A stretch of DNA of 64,000 nucleotides from positions 313,440 to 377,439 of the forward strand of contig NW_005201792.1 in NCBI RefSeq assembly GCF_000372725.1, in the 5' to 3' direction. The notes under the pieces were generated by a model that was not told the DNA's origin, ran no database searches, and saw only the letters and a list, made by a program, of their open reading frames with translations. Below, in pieces: positions 46,398-59,800 of the stretch. Position 1 is the stretch's first letter; each line of letters starts with the position of its first letter. The position numbers and the translations under genes were made by a program. This DNA comes from Emiliania huxleyi CCMP1516. Taxonomy: Eukaryota.

Positions 46398-47234
46398 CTA
46401 TGCCTGAAGTGCCGTCACCCTGGACTTGACATTTTTGAACTTGTTCATCTTCCAAGTCGACTCCGCTGGAAGCGACGGGGGAAAGCTGTAATCCTGCAAG
46501 GCGTGGTGCTCAGCGGCGGCCCTTAACAGCCTCGTCGACTTAGTGGGCGACGGCTTGCCGAGCTTGCGCCCGCCGCCCAGGTTCTCGGCGAGCTCCGTCT
46601 GGAGGACCCAGTCGTAGCGGTAGCCGTGTGCCATCAGGTCGGTGAACGACTCGGCCTCTCCCGATTGCGTGCCTGCATGCGGGCGAAGGCCGCAGTGGAC
46701 GCGGGCTAACAGCGAGCGGAGAGGAGTGGCGAGGGCGCACCGGCCGTGACGCTAGCATCCGGAGCGAACGGCGCCCTACGGATCGAGCCGCTCCGGACAG
46801 GCATGCGTATGTCGTGCACTGTCGAGTGCTCGCGAACACCCTTCGCTGTGGTGTGCCCCGCCCTGAGTGCCGCCTGAAAATCGGGGGAAGTGGTTGCCGG
46901 CTGAGTTCCCTGGCGGCGTTAAGCGCGGCAAGTTCACGCAGCACACCCTGTTCATCGCCTTGAAGTCCTTTGGCGGCCGGGCATTCTTCGTCCCCGTAAA
47001 CTCTGCCCAGTTGTCGATTACCGTGTGGGCCGTCAGGCCGTCCGGCTTGTTTGCCATTCCAAAGGTGAACGAGAAATCCTGCGGCAGGTCGTACGATGTC
47101 GTCCGGACGCACCCGAGGTTCGACTTCTGCAGCAGAGAGTTCTTGGTGTCGACACGGTGGCTCCCGCACAGGGGAGTCATGGTCGCATCCCGACGGTTGT
47201 GCGAGTAGCCCTCTGGCTGCATGTCGGCCTCCAT
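46398..47234 (-). CDS. CFAP77: CFAP77-like axonemal protein, 3 exons
   Basis: NSLLQKSNLG...YDLP..FTFG, KDFKAMNR, GHTTAKGVREH, DLMAHGY..DW, WKMNKFK. Confidence 0.75.
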
Positions 47235-48027
47235 GGGGCCGCGAGCGAAAACGAAACGATGCGGTTTCGAAGAACTTGACGGTTTCAGCCTGCGCTAGTG
47301 TATATGGCGCTCGACGACAGCTACTTGCACCGCCGACAGGAGAACGCCCGCATTGTGGAGACAGCGCAGAGAGACATCGCGTCAAAGCTCCTTGCGGTGC
47401 ATGTGACGAAGCGAGCGCCAGTGCCGTTTGAGCCATACGAAGAGGCTCCGCCCGTCACGAGTCCAGTCCCGAGGGACGGTCACCTGGAGCGGACCGCAGA
47501 CCTAGCCGGATTGCGATGCCACGCGATCAACCTCGGCAACGCCTAGCCTCCTCGAAGGGCTTGGCCAGTCCTTTTGTGCTCACGCGATTGGTCTGAGCCG
47601 CTTTGGTGCGCAGGCGCTCCTCCGCCTCACCGTTCCCGTCTCGGCCGTGTTTGACGATGTCATCGCTTCTCTCAGCGGGACGTTTGGTGAGAGGCAGCAG
47701 CGACTGGCTGCGCGCGCAGCTGGCCTCAGTTCGGCGAGATTGCTCCGCGCCAAAAGCACCTCAGTGTCGCTCTTCGGCCAGCTCTCTCGCGCGCGGGGCG
47801 GCGGCGACGCCTTCCCCTCCACGATCGACACTCGCCGCGAGCATTTTGGGGCCGTCGCTAACCAACGCGACCAAAGGATATCAGCCCCGGTTGCCGTTGA
47901 AGATAGACCAGTAAATTAAGGCGCGCGGGGCGGGGGGGGGGGGGGGGCTTGACGCGAGGACGCCGGCCAATATCTCTGCGGAACTGGGAGTTTACCTTGT
48001 GCAGGGCGTGAACTGCCGCCGGACCCG

Positions 48028-48158
48028 ACTACTGAGACTGTTCACACGTGACGTTCACACCTGGGGGACCAGGGTGTATCCGCAACTTGCGCAGTATCTT
48101 ACTCGCAGGGGACCTGGATCCACGTGTGCTGATTACCAAACAAACAAGCAAACAAACA
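48028..48158 (+). mobile_element. Short retroelement-end-like fragment with (CAAA)n tail
   Basis: 48029-48094 is the reverse complement of 23820-23885. It is followed by ccaaacaaacaagcaaacaaac. Confidence 0.5.
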
Positions 48159-48566
48159 CGGGCGGAACAGGTCCCTGTTCCTTTTTACCCATCTCACAGT
48201 AGAGGTCTCCGTTTTTATTTATTTATTTGGGGAACCTCCCTCTCCGTCAGAGTTCGCTCCCACTGTGCACTGAGGTCTCCGCTTTTTATTTCGCAGAGGC
48301 CCCAGGGTTCCGGCTCCTAGCCGGATAGGGGGTCTGTTGCCACTGGCTGGCCCCTCCCAGATAGGTAGGTAGGTTGGTCTTGTTTCGCCCAAAAGGGCCC
48401 TGCAACACGTAGGCACACTGTTTTCATCTTTTTTCGCTTCGCTGCGCGGCCTGGGGATAGGTAGGTAGGTAGGGAATTTTGGCGCGAGTCAGTGTGAACA
48501 GACCCCTGTGAACGCGCGCACGAGTGCTGATTACCAGCAGCCGGTGGTGGAGGCTCGCTCGCTGTC

Positions 48567-50430
48567 ATGACCGACACTGCTGACGTCTCGCGAGGCTGCC
48601 GCGGCTACGAGGAGAATCACGTGCAGAACTGGTGCGGCAACATCTCCTTCGGCAGCAAGCAGAAGTTCGTGCCGTCCACTGTGGAGGAGTTGCAGCAGGT
48701 CGTGCGGGACGCAGCACCGCCGCTGCGCGTGATCGGGCGCGGCCACTCCTTCTCGCCCGTCGCCGAGTGTGCAGGAGGTACGCTCGTGAGCCTCGCTCGC
48801 CTCAACCTTGTCCTCGACTTCCAGCCGCCGTCCGATGGAAGCGTCGGCTCCATCACAGTCCAAGGCGGGACAACCTACTCAGAGATTGCCAAGTACCTAG
48901 CCGTCGGGCGGCGCGGCGCGCTTCGAAATTTGCCCTCGTGTCCGCAGTTCACCGTCGCCGGCGCCATTGCAACCGGCACGCACGGCTCGGGCGTCCACAT
49001 CCCGAACCTAGCCGCCGACGTCTCGATGCTCGAGTTTGTGCGCGCCGACGGCACCCTCGTTCGCTACTCGCGCGAGACTGACGCCGCCACGCTCGAGGGC
49101 TGCCGCGTCCACTTGGGCTGCCTCGGCGTCGTCAGCGAGCTCCGCCTCGACGTCGTCCCCTTCTTCGAGGTCGACGCGCGCACGTATGCGGATGTGCCAC
49201 TCGAGGCGGCGGTGCGGGCGCTGCCCGAGCTGTGGACGCGGTGCGACTCGCTCTCGGTGTGGACGTCTGGCTTCGGGCGCGGCGGCGCGGAAGTCGGGGA
49301 CAGCGACCTCTTGAAGCTTGCAGATCCCTTCCCTCGACTCGAGCCTTTAGGCGCGGTCCCGGGAGCGGCAGCTGCTGGATCACGCTGCGCCACTTCTTGC
49401 CTCACTGGGCGCCGCCCGAGCTGCGCGCTCCTCCGGCGAGCCCCCGCTCGAGGCGGCCGTCGAAGGTGGACCATCGGTCCTCCGCTACGGCGACTGGTCG
49501 CCGAGTAGGCGGCCCCGCTCGAGGCAGCGCTGCTGGGCGAGAGCGGCTACTTGCTCGAGCGGCCGATGGGGCGCTACTGCAGCGACGTCGACGCTCCGAC
49601 GACGTGCGCCTTGCCCTTCGGCGCGGCCCGGGTCCGGCAGCGGCGTCTCTTCTCACGCGCTCCGGTTGTGAGCAGCTACTCTCCGACGCGCCGGGAGCCG
49701 TGGCACTCTGCGCTCTCCCTCACGCTCGACGACCAGGCGGAGGAGACGTCGATGGCGGTGGTGGACCTGCAGGCGGAGTTCTTCGTCCCGCTCGAGCGTG
49801 CGACCGAGGCGCTGCGCGCTGTCTGGGCCGCGTCCGCCGGGTGGGAGTTCGGGTCGCCGGCGTGAGCCTCTGGACCGCGTCTGTTCACGGGTCTGACTGG
49901 GAGCAGGTGGGCGTTTGGGTCGCCGCCGACGAGCGCGGAGCGCGTCAAGGGCCTCGTGGACGCGATCGAGTTGCGGCAGGCTAGCGAGACCTCTTGGTAT
50001 CCCTCACCCCTCCTAGATATCCCTGAGCCCAGTCGGCGCGGTTATCGACGGTTTGCCGTCGCCGCGCGGCGGTCTGAGATCCGCCCTCTGATTGGTTTGG
50101 CCGTCGGTGCCGCAGGTCAAGGGCGACAAGGCGTGGCTCTCGCCCGCGCCGGTCGACTCGCTCGGCATCCACGTGTCCTTCAACGCGGACCTCGCCGTGC
50201 GCGACGAGGTGATGGCGGCGGTGCCGGCGCTCGAGGCGGCGCTCGCGCCTTTTGGCGCGCGGTTTCATTGGGGGAAGCTCAGTTGCCTACGGGCCGCGCG
50301 GGTGGCGGAGCTGTATGGTGAGGGCCTCGAGCAATTCCGGTCTCTGTGCGATGACCACGACCGCGAGGGCAAGTTTAGGAACGACCACGTGAGTGAGCTT
50401 CTCTGGCGGCGAGCGGCTCCTGAGTGCTGA
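48567..50430 (+). CDS. FAD-linked oxidase (alditol oxidase / ALO family), multi-exon
   Basis: NWCGN, RVIGRGHSFS, TVAGAIATGTHGSG, HLGCLGVV, QAEFFVP, IELR, RFHWGK, DREGKFRN. Confidence 0.9.
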
Positions 50431-50831
50431 GAGAGTATGTTGGGGGGGGGGGGCTCGCAGGTGTCACAAGGGAGGGATTTATATCGTAGAATCCGATTGG
50501 GGAAATAATAAAAAATAATTTCTTAAAGAAAGAAGAAAACAGAGGGTCAAGGCAAAAGAGGTAAATAAAGAAAGAAGAAAACAGACAACCCAAGGGAGGG
50601 ATGGGAGGACGGGGCAATGGCATCCCAATGGACGGCACGCCGCCACCAGACAGGGATTTCAAGGAGAGGAGTGTGGTGCTAGCCGTCGCCCACCCTAACG
50701 CTTGGGCGTCTAAAATAATTGCTAAAACAATTTCTTTTCGTCTTCGCGGCCTTGTGACATTCTTTTTGACGCCACCTTGTGTGGCCGGGCAATGTCAGCG
50801 GCTGAGTTAAACTAGAGGTCGAGACGCGGCC

Positions 50832-53800
50832 ATGGTAGTGCAGGGCTTGCTCAACGACATACTCGGCGAGCTCGTGCGGCTGCCGCGGCAGGGCCTCAAG
50901 CTGGACCTGCTGAATGGCCATGTGCTCCTGCGCAACCTCGAAGTGCAGGCGCGAGGCAGCGCCCACTGCACAGCGTCACACACCCGGCCGCTGAGCCCTC
51001 GTCCCTCGCCTCGCAGCCCGCCGCGCTGCAGCTGCTGCTCGGTCTGCCTCTCGTCGTGCTGGCGGGCGTAGTCGGGAGGGCCGAGCTCCACATTCCGTGG
51101 GCCAAGCTCGGGTCCGAGCCGGCGCGGGTGCAGCTCGACCGCGTCCTGCTGATCGTCGCGCCGCAGTGCGAGGAGGCGCTGCTGCCGTGCGAGCACGAGC
51201 GCAGCTTCCGCGCGAAGCAGCGGCGCCTCGACGCCCACGAGGCCCGCAGGGCGCTGTCGTGTGACGCTGCCGCCGCGCCAAAGCCGCAGAGAGGCTTCTT
51301 CTCAAAGCTGGCTGCCAAGCTGCAGGAGAACCTGCAGCTCGACCTGACCAACGTGGTCATCCGCTACGCCGACTCGAGCTTCGGCCGCTCGCCCTTCTCC
51401 GTCTCGCTCGCGCTCGACTCCCTCAAGCTGCGCAAGCTCGAGGTTGCCGGAGCGGCGGAAGAGGGAGCGGCGGGCGGGGCCAGGGCGGCGGGCGGGCTGG
51501 CCAAGGTGGTCCACCTGACCGGGCTCTCCGTCTGCTGCGCCGAGGCCGTGCCTCCGCCTCCGCCGCACTGCGCCGCCGCCGCGTGTGGCGCAGGCCCGCC
51601 CTCGCGCCGCTCCCTCGGCGAGCAGTCGGACGCCTCCTCCTCCGGGTCGGGCCGCGCGTCTGGCGCCTCGTCGGCCTCGAGGGCCTCCGGCCGAAAGTCG
51701 GGCTCGCGGCCCGCGGGTGGCGGGACCGGCGGCGGACCCTCCGCCGGCGCCGGCTCGAGTAGGGCGGAGGCGTCCGACCGGCTGCAGTGGCTCAAGACCC
51801 ACGTGGAGGGCTGGCACCGGCAGGCGACGCGCGCGCGCCTCCCCTCGCTGCTCGCGCGCGGCCTGAGAGTTGAGGTCTTTGGTGGCCGAATCAGGCGAAG
51901 CGCGGGGCTCCCCTGGTGCTCGAGCCGCTCTCCGCTTCACTCGAGCTGCACGCCTCTGCCGACTTGCCCGGCGGGGAGGCGGCGGCGCGCGCGGACGGCG
52001 AGCAGCCGCTCGAGCTCTCCTCCACCTCTCCTCCACCTCTCCTCCACCTCTCCTCCACCCCTCGAGCCCGGCGCGTGAGCAGCGCCTCTCCACAGCTGCA
52101 GCCTGCGAACAGGCGAGCCGCTCGACCTCTCGCGGCTAACCAGCTTCGAGGCGTCGCTCGGCACCACCAGCGTCGGCCTCCGCCTCTCCGCCGTCTCGCT
52201 CGGCGCCCTCTCCGCCGCCGCAGGCTACTTGCGCGCCCCGGGCCGGTTTGAGATCTGGAGGCAGCACCGGCCTCCTCCGTGGGAGACGCCTCTCTCGAAC
52301 CCGCGCCTGTGGTGGAGGAGGGCGTGCGCCGCCGTCAGCGCCGAGGTTGCGCGCACGCGGCCGCGCTGCTCGTGGGACACGATCTGCCGGCGGCGCGACG
52401 AGCGGCGCCAGTACGTCTCGCTCTACTTGCGGCAGAGGCGCGCGAGGAGGAGCAGCCGGCGCTTGTCTGACAGCGACCGCGCGGCGCTGGAGCGGTTCGA
52501 GGGGGGGGCTGGACCGGGGTCGGCATGTCGAGGGGCCCTCTTCGAGGCGCGCGACACTCCCCTCTGTAGGCTCGAGCGGACGCTGCCCTTCGAGGCGGTG
52601 CTCTACTTCCGCCAGTGGGCCGAGTCGCACGCGCGAGTCGAGGAGGAGCGCGCCGCAGCGTCGTACGTCCAGTCGGGGAAGCGGTCGGCGGTGCAGGCGG
52701 CGGGGAGCGTGTGGCGGCGCTTGTTCGGCGGCAGGGAGGGCAGCGCCGACGTGCCCGACGCGCTGGAGGGGGCGACGCTCTCCGCGGCACAGCGCGAGGT
52801 GCTGAGCTCGATCCTCCGCGACTCGGAGGAGGGTGCGGCGCCGGCGGCGACGGAGCTGCGCGCGAGCGTGCGCGTCTCGGTCCCCGAGGTCTGCCTGCTC
52901 TTCTCGGAGAGCGAGGAGGAGCTCGAGGAGGCGGCGCGCCGCCGCTCGAGCTTCGGATCGCCAGCTTCGCCGGCCTCCGCCGCCGCGGCGCTGCACCCCG
53001 CGCCGGGCGGCAGAGCCGCGCGGACAAGTCTCCCCTCGCCTCCCCTCGACTCGCCGCGCTCGCCCGCCGGCCCACCCGCGCCGCCCCTCCGGCTGTGCGC
53101 CACGCTGCAAAGTGTGGTCGCGACCGGCGCCTTTGAGGGCGAAGGCTTCCACCAAATGATCGTCGGTGCGTCGCCCGCCCCGCCCCGCTGCACGCCCCGC
53201 CCCGCTGCACGAGCGCACTTGCGAATGACCGACGGACGAGTGAGCAGGCGGCCTCCTCTCGTCGGCCCTCACGGTGGACAACGCGCAGGCCGTCGACCTC
53301 GCCCCCTCCTCGCCCTTCCCCTCGCTGGTGCAGCTGCACCGCCACCTCCGCCTCGCCGAGAGCGGCGTCCTCGAGACGCAGCACGCCCTGACCCCGTCCG
53401 TGCTCGGCCGCCACTCCTCGGCGCCGGAGGACGCCTCCAGCCGCCTCTCGCTCCCCTTCTCGGACGGCGACTCCTCGAGCCCCGCCCGCGGGTCGGCAAA
53501 GGAGGCGGACGGGCGGCCACGGCGCGGCCACCACCGGCGCGCGAGCACGACGCTCGGCCAGACGCTGCACGCGCGCCGCGCTCCGGCGCTGAGTCTGCAG
53601 CTGGCGCCGGGGAGGCCTTCCGGCGAGGGGCCCTCGAGCGGGTGGGAGGTGACGCTGACCCCCCCTCTTCCCCCCTGGAACACACACACTGCTCACCCAC
53701 GCGCCCCGGCCCTCTCAATGCCGTGGAGCTCGTCGTGGAGATGCGAGCGGTAGCCCTTGGGCAAGTTCAAGTGGAGAGGCTCACCTCCCCCTCGCGTTAG

Positions 53801-56800
53801 GTGACGCTCGGCCTCGCGCCGCTGCACGCGACGCTGACGTGCGGCATCGTCGACGGGCTCTGCCGGCTCGGCTCGCAGCTGCCGCCGGCGCGGCCGGGCG
53901 TGGCGCAGTTGATCGACCATGCGCTACAGCCGCCGTGGTGGGAGGCTTGCGGCCGCAGCAGCTGGAGGAGCGCGCTGCACGGCTACCTCGAGCAGGCGGA
54001 GGCGACCGCGCCCCTCGAGGCAGACGGCGGGACGACGGCGACGCGGTTTCAAGTGACGGTCCCCTTCCTCGGCCTCTCTCTGCCGGTGGACGGCACCGAC
54101 CCGCACTCGCGCCAGATCGCCCTCGCCGTCGCCGAGATCGAGGTGCAGGGCGGCGGGGACGGCGCGGCGGAGCTGGGGCACGCGCCCCTCTTCGCGAGGA
54201 TGGCTTCGCTCTCGGCGGAGGTGCTGCTCGACCCGCGCGCCGCCGGCTCGAGCATCCCGCTCCTCCGCACCTTCGACCGCGGCAGCCTGCGCCTCACGAG
54301 CCTGCGCGTGCCCTCTCCGGGGTTCGTCAACCGCAAGTACCTCGCGGAACTCGAGACGGACGCGCACGCCTTCACCTTCACGCCGGCGGTGGCCGGCACT
54401 CTCATGGCGTTTGTCGACGCTTGGTCGGGGCCGAGCCGTGGCTATCGGCGCAAGCCGCCGCTCCCCGCCCGACAGTGCGCCGCGGTGCAGCTCTTCAGCC
54501 TGCGCCTCGCCACGCGCCGGGTCGAGCTCCGCCTGCAGCACGACGCTGCAGAGCCGCCCGCCCACTTTGCGCCCCCTGCGCCCGCCGCGCCCGAAACGCC
54601 CGCCGACCCCGCCGCCGCCGACCCCGCCGCCGCCGACCCCGCCGCTGCCGGCAGCCGCAGCGAGTCCGAGTCGGGACTCGTCATCGCGCGGGTGCACTTC
54701 GGAGCGCCGCGGCTGCGCGTGCAGATCCTCGACGGGGCTCTGGCCCTCGGCGTCACCTCCGAGTCGCTCGAGGTTGTGGCGGAGGGCGAGGCGGCACGCG
54801 GGCTCGGGCCGCAGCCCCACCCGCTGCACACAGTGATGGAGGTGCAGCGGACGCTGCTGCCGGAGGAGGCGCCGCCGCTGGTGCCGCCGCCGCTCTTCGA
54901 GACCCCGGGGGGCAGATGGCACAACGCGTCGCGGCAGCGCAAGGGCGACACGCAGGCGGGGCCGGAGGCGCGCGCGGCGCCGCAGCTCGCGGTGCGGATC
55001 CGGCTCGAGTACCACACGGCGGTGCCCGCCGAAGCTGCGTCGGTCAAGTCCCTCTCCACCGAGCTCGGCGAGACGGCGCTGGTGTGGGACACGGCGTCGG
55101 CGCAGCTGCTGCTGCGCTTCCTCTTCCTCTCCTGCCGCGACGCGCTCCCGCCCCGCGAGCCGCGGCCGTACCGCTTGCGCGGCGGCGGCCAGCTGCCGCA
55201 CGACGCGTGGGCCGTCCGGCTCGCGTGCGACAGCCTGACTTGGCGCTTCGTCGACACGCTCTCGCGCTCGCCGTCGCTGCTGGGGGTGTTGCGGCTCCGG
55301 CAGTTCGACGCACTCGCACGCCTCACCGGGGCGAGCACGTCCGCGCTGCATGTCACGGCCGACGTCGACGCCCTCGACGCGCCTCCATCGGCCGACTTCC
55401 CGCTCGGGCCGGTGGCGGAAGGCTCGCCGCCGGCGGGTGCTGGCGCCAGCGCCGCTCCCGCCCAGAGCTCCGCGCGGCCCTCGACCGCGTTGGACTTGGG
55501 CGTCGACGGCGCTCTGCGCAACGTCTTCTCTCCGCTCGACGCTTCCGGCGACGGCGAGGCCACCACGCGCCTCTCGCTGAGCATCCGCACGCACAACGCC
55601 TTCTCCTCGCCATCGGACAAGCAGCTGAACGGCTGTGTCATGTCCACCGACGTCGCCGTCCAGTCGCTGCGAGTCGCCTACCACCACGCCACCGTGATGC
55701 GGCTGTGGGACTTCTTATCGGGCGCGGTCCTCGGCGCGCTCACGGCGGCCTCGGTGCCGTGGCTGGGCAGCGCCGCCTCCGTCACCGCTCTCACCCAACG
55801 CTTCTCTGGCCTCGAGCTCCTGCTGCCTGCAGCGAGCAGCTCGTCCGACGGCTCTTCCGGGAGCGCCACGCTCTCCATCGAGGAGGTGCACATGCGGAAG
55901 CAGCCCCCGGCAGAGGTCACTCCCGGCCAGGCGGCGACCGAGGTCCGGTTCGGGCCGTGTGTCCTCTCGTGCGGTGGCCGCACGGTGGTGTTGCAGCTCG
56001 ACGCGCTGTCGCTGACTCTCCGCTCCCCGCTCGAGCCGCTCGGCGGGGCCCGGCTCGCCATCCCCGAGCTGCTCGTCGTGGTGGACACGGGCGAGGCGTT
56101 CGACGTGTACGTGACGCCGGAGGAGCTTGCGTTGCTCGAGGCCATCCGGGAGTACAACTTTGCCACCACCGCGGCGTGCGTCATGCCGCTCCCGCCCCTG
56201 CCGCCCTCCGCGGAGACGCTTGCCGTCTCGTGGGCGAGCGAGGCGGTGCGGCTGCATCTAATGCGCCCCGATGAGGCGGGTGCGCCAGCCCTCGCCTCTT
56301 TCTCCCTGAGCGGGTACTGCAGCCGGGTGGCGTGGCGTGCCGACGAGTCGTCGTCCGCGAGCTACACCGTCCGCGGGATCAGCCTCGGCGCTGAGGGAAC
56401 TTGCCCGCTGCTGCAGTCGGCCGCGCCGCCCACGCTTGCAGAGGGTGGCGAGAGCTGGGCCCAGCAGGCCGCCGCCGGCCGAGGCGGGGACGAGGGCGGA
56501 GGGAGCGGCGACCGGGACGGTGCGAGGCAAGGGCTGGGCGGAGGAGCGGCGGCGACGCTCTCCGCAGCAGAGGCCGACGAGGCCGGCCCTCGGCTCGGGT
56601 CCGCCGAGGGGGAGCAGGCCCCTCCGACGGGCTCGCCCGAGCGCCCGGCGCGGCGCTTGTCACTCTTTGGCCTCGAGCTGGCGCACCGACGCACCACCTC
56701 CTCTGGGTCGGCTCTGGGCCACTCCCGTACCCCCTCGGGGACGGCCCGGCGCAGCTCGACGGCAGAGTGGCTGAAGTCGGCCTTTGGCCGCGCCTCAGGG

Positions 56801-59800
56801 GCTGGGGCTCCAGCGTCCGCCGACGTCCTGATGCCGCCGAGTTCGCCGGGCTCCTCCGCCGAGGCACGCATGCGCCGCTGGGCCGGCGGGGATGGGGTGT
56901 CGCAGCCCGACTCACACGCGGGCGAGGGGGCTGGTGAGGACCCGTATGCTCTGCCGGTGCTTGTGCCGGCGAAGCGCTCTTCCGGCCGCGTCGGCCTCCG
57001 CGGCTCCTTCCGCCGGCGCAGCCTGTCGCACGACGTGTCCGACCCTGTGGCGCGTGCGCGCTTGGCTCCGGCCATCCCTGAAGGCGCCGCGGACGTGTCG
57101 GTCACCCGCGGCCGCGCGTGCTCCATGGACCCGCGCGTGCCAGAGCCACAGGGCACTCTGAGGCTGGAGGTCCCGGAGATCGAGCTCGAGATCGACGCCG
57201 CGCAGGAGCCGGCGCACGTGGCGGTGGAGCCGCGCCGCGCCGCTCCCGCCCCCGCCGCCCTCGCTCTCAGCTACGACGTTAGCGGAGGCGCCGAGGCGAA
57301 GCCGACCGTCACGGCCGCGCTCGGCCCCCTCGAGGCGGTGCTGCTTCCGCACACCGTGGCTGCCCTCGCGCACTTCGCGGCCGCCACTCGCGACGTTGCC
57401 CGCCGCCTCTTCGAGCGCCCGCTCCCGCCGCTGCCGCGGCCAGCCGGCCTGCTAGAGACCCACTTGCGGCTGGAGTCACTCAGCGTGTGGCTTCTCCCGG
57501 CGCAGCCGCCGCCCATCCCTGCCGATTGCGCCCCTGCCGCCGCCGCCCCTCCTATCCGCGTGCGGGCTCTCGTGGGCAGCGTCGGCGCGAGCAGCTTGGA
57601 CGGGTCGGAGGGCGTGATGGCCGCCTCCGTCTCGCTCGCGCAGGCGCGGCTGCGCGAGGCCTGGTCGTCGCTCCGGCCTTCTCGGAACCCTCTCGGAACC
57701 TGCCCGAAACCTTCCCCCGTAGGCGCGGCTGCGCGAGGCGTCCGTCGGCTGTCGCCTCGAGCCGGCTGACGCGGCGGAGGGGCTAGCGCTGCTCGAGGGC
57801 TGCTCGCTCACCGCGACCTTCGACTCCAACAACCCGGAGCAGGCCGCGCTGAGCGTCGTCGTGCCCGGCCCCGTCCGGCTGCAGATCGACGCGTGCCACG
57901 CGCGGCTGCTGCGCGACGCGCTCGCCGGGCTCAGTGCGAGTCTCCGGGCCGCGTGGGCGCCGATCCCCCCCGCTCGCGGCGCAGCGGCGCCTCTCCCGGA
58001 CGGCGCACCATGGCCGGCACCGGCCGATGCGTTGGGGCAACAGCATGGCTGGGCGCCGCTCTCGCCGCTGGCCGAGCGCGTGCGCGCCGATTCGCTGTCG
58101 CGGCGCGACCGGGTCCTCGAGGCGACGGCGATGCCCTCCACGCCCAAGGGGGGCGAGTCGTCGCAGGCGGGCGTGCCGGGTCCTCGGGCGTGCCGGCTGC
58201 GGCTCTCGGTGGGCGAGGTGGCGGTCGTTCTCGTCACGTCGCTGCTCAACGCGCCGACGCCGGTGATGCAGCTCCTCCTGCCGCAGATCGAGCTCGAGGC
58301 GGCGCTTGACGGCGGCGGAGAGGCGAGCGAGGCGAGCGACCGCTCCGCCTCGAGCGCGGCCGTGGGGCCGCAGTCGCTCTCGTCGACGTCGTCGCTGCAG
58401 CTCGACGTCTTTAGCCGCTCGACGGCGCAGTGGGAGCCCATCGTCGAGCTGACCCCGATCGCCGTGGAGGTGCAGCGGGACGGCCCGACGAGCGCGACCC
58501 TCCACCTCCCCGCGCCGCTCGAGGTGGTCCTCTCCAACTCGGCCATCAACACGCTCGCGAGCTTCGCCGGCCGGATGCGCGACGCGATGGCTTCGCCGCT
58601 CGAGATAGTCCTCTCGCGCCGCTCCGCCAAGCCGTACCGCGTGGCCAACGAGACGGGCGTGGCGTTGTGGTACGGAGAATCCCTTTTGTCGGCGATGAGC
58701 CTGATCCGGCCCGCGAAGGAAGCGTCGATGGACCTGTGGGGCCACGGCGAGCTCAAGGACGCCGGCGTGCGCACCGTCGCGCTCCAGCTCTGCGGCATGG
58801 AAACCTCGCGCCGCGTCGCCGTCGATTACGCCGGCTCGCGCATCGTCCCGCTCCGCCCGATCCAGGGAGGGCACGCCCAGCCGGCCGCGCACGCGCTGCG
58901 CTGCTCGGTCGAGGTGCTCGACGATGGCGTGACGACGCTCCTGCGGGTCGAGTCGCTCGTGCAGGTCCTCAACCGGACGGGCGTGCCCCTGCAGCTGCGC
59001 GTGATCCGCACCAGCAGGGCGGGCGCGAGCGGCTCGCACTTGGCCGAGGAGGTCGGCGCCCTGCAGGCCGACGCCTCGCTGCCCATTCCGATGGACTTGC
59101 TTCAGGGCGGGCTGATCTTCCGCCCTCGGCCGGGCCTGTCGGGCGCGGCGGCCGGTGCGGACGCGGACGCGGCTTTGCCCCGTCGGCTCTCGTCCGCCTC
59201 CGTCCTCGGCGAGAGCGCGACGGTGGTGGACGAGCCCTCTGACCCGTTCGCGTTCGCTTGGCCCGACGCGGGCTCGACGATCTGGCTCTCGAAAATCGTG
59301 GCCGTGCCGAGGGGCGCGGCCTTCTCCCGCCAGCAGCTGCGCTCCTCGGCGCGTGTGCGCCGCATCTTCGCGCTGCCCGACTCGGAGACGGTGCTCGAGG
59401 AGTACGCCTGCCGCGCGCGCTCGAGCGCGAGCTCTCGCCCGCACCGGCACGTCTCCTCCGTCCGCATCAGCGGGACGGTCTTCATCACGTCCGCCTCGGT
59501 CGGCTTCTACGCGCGCACCGCGCGTGCGCGCGTGCAGCAGCTCGCGCCCCTCGCGGCGGTGACCGCCCTCGACTGGTCACCGGAGGGCGACATCGTGCTC
59601 CGCTGGCTGCCGCCAGGCGGCGCTGGCCGCGGCTCGGAGGCGGGCGGCGTGCAGCGCCGATCCATGCGGGTCACCTTCCGCTCGCCCAAGCGGAAGTCGG
59701 GCGGCTGGGACCCGTCCCCGTCCTCCAGTCTGTCGACTCGGGTCTTCGACCGCGACGAGCTCGAGATGCGGCTCCGCCCCACGAAGCACCGGCAGCGCTT

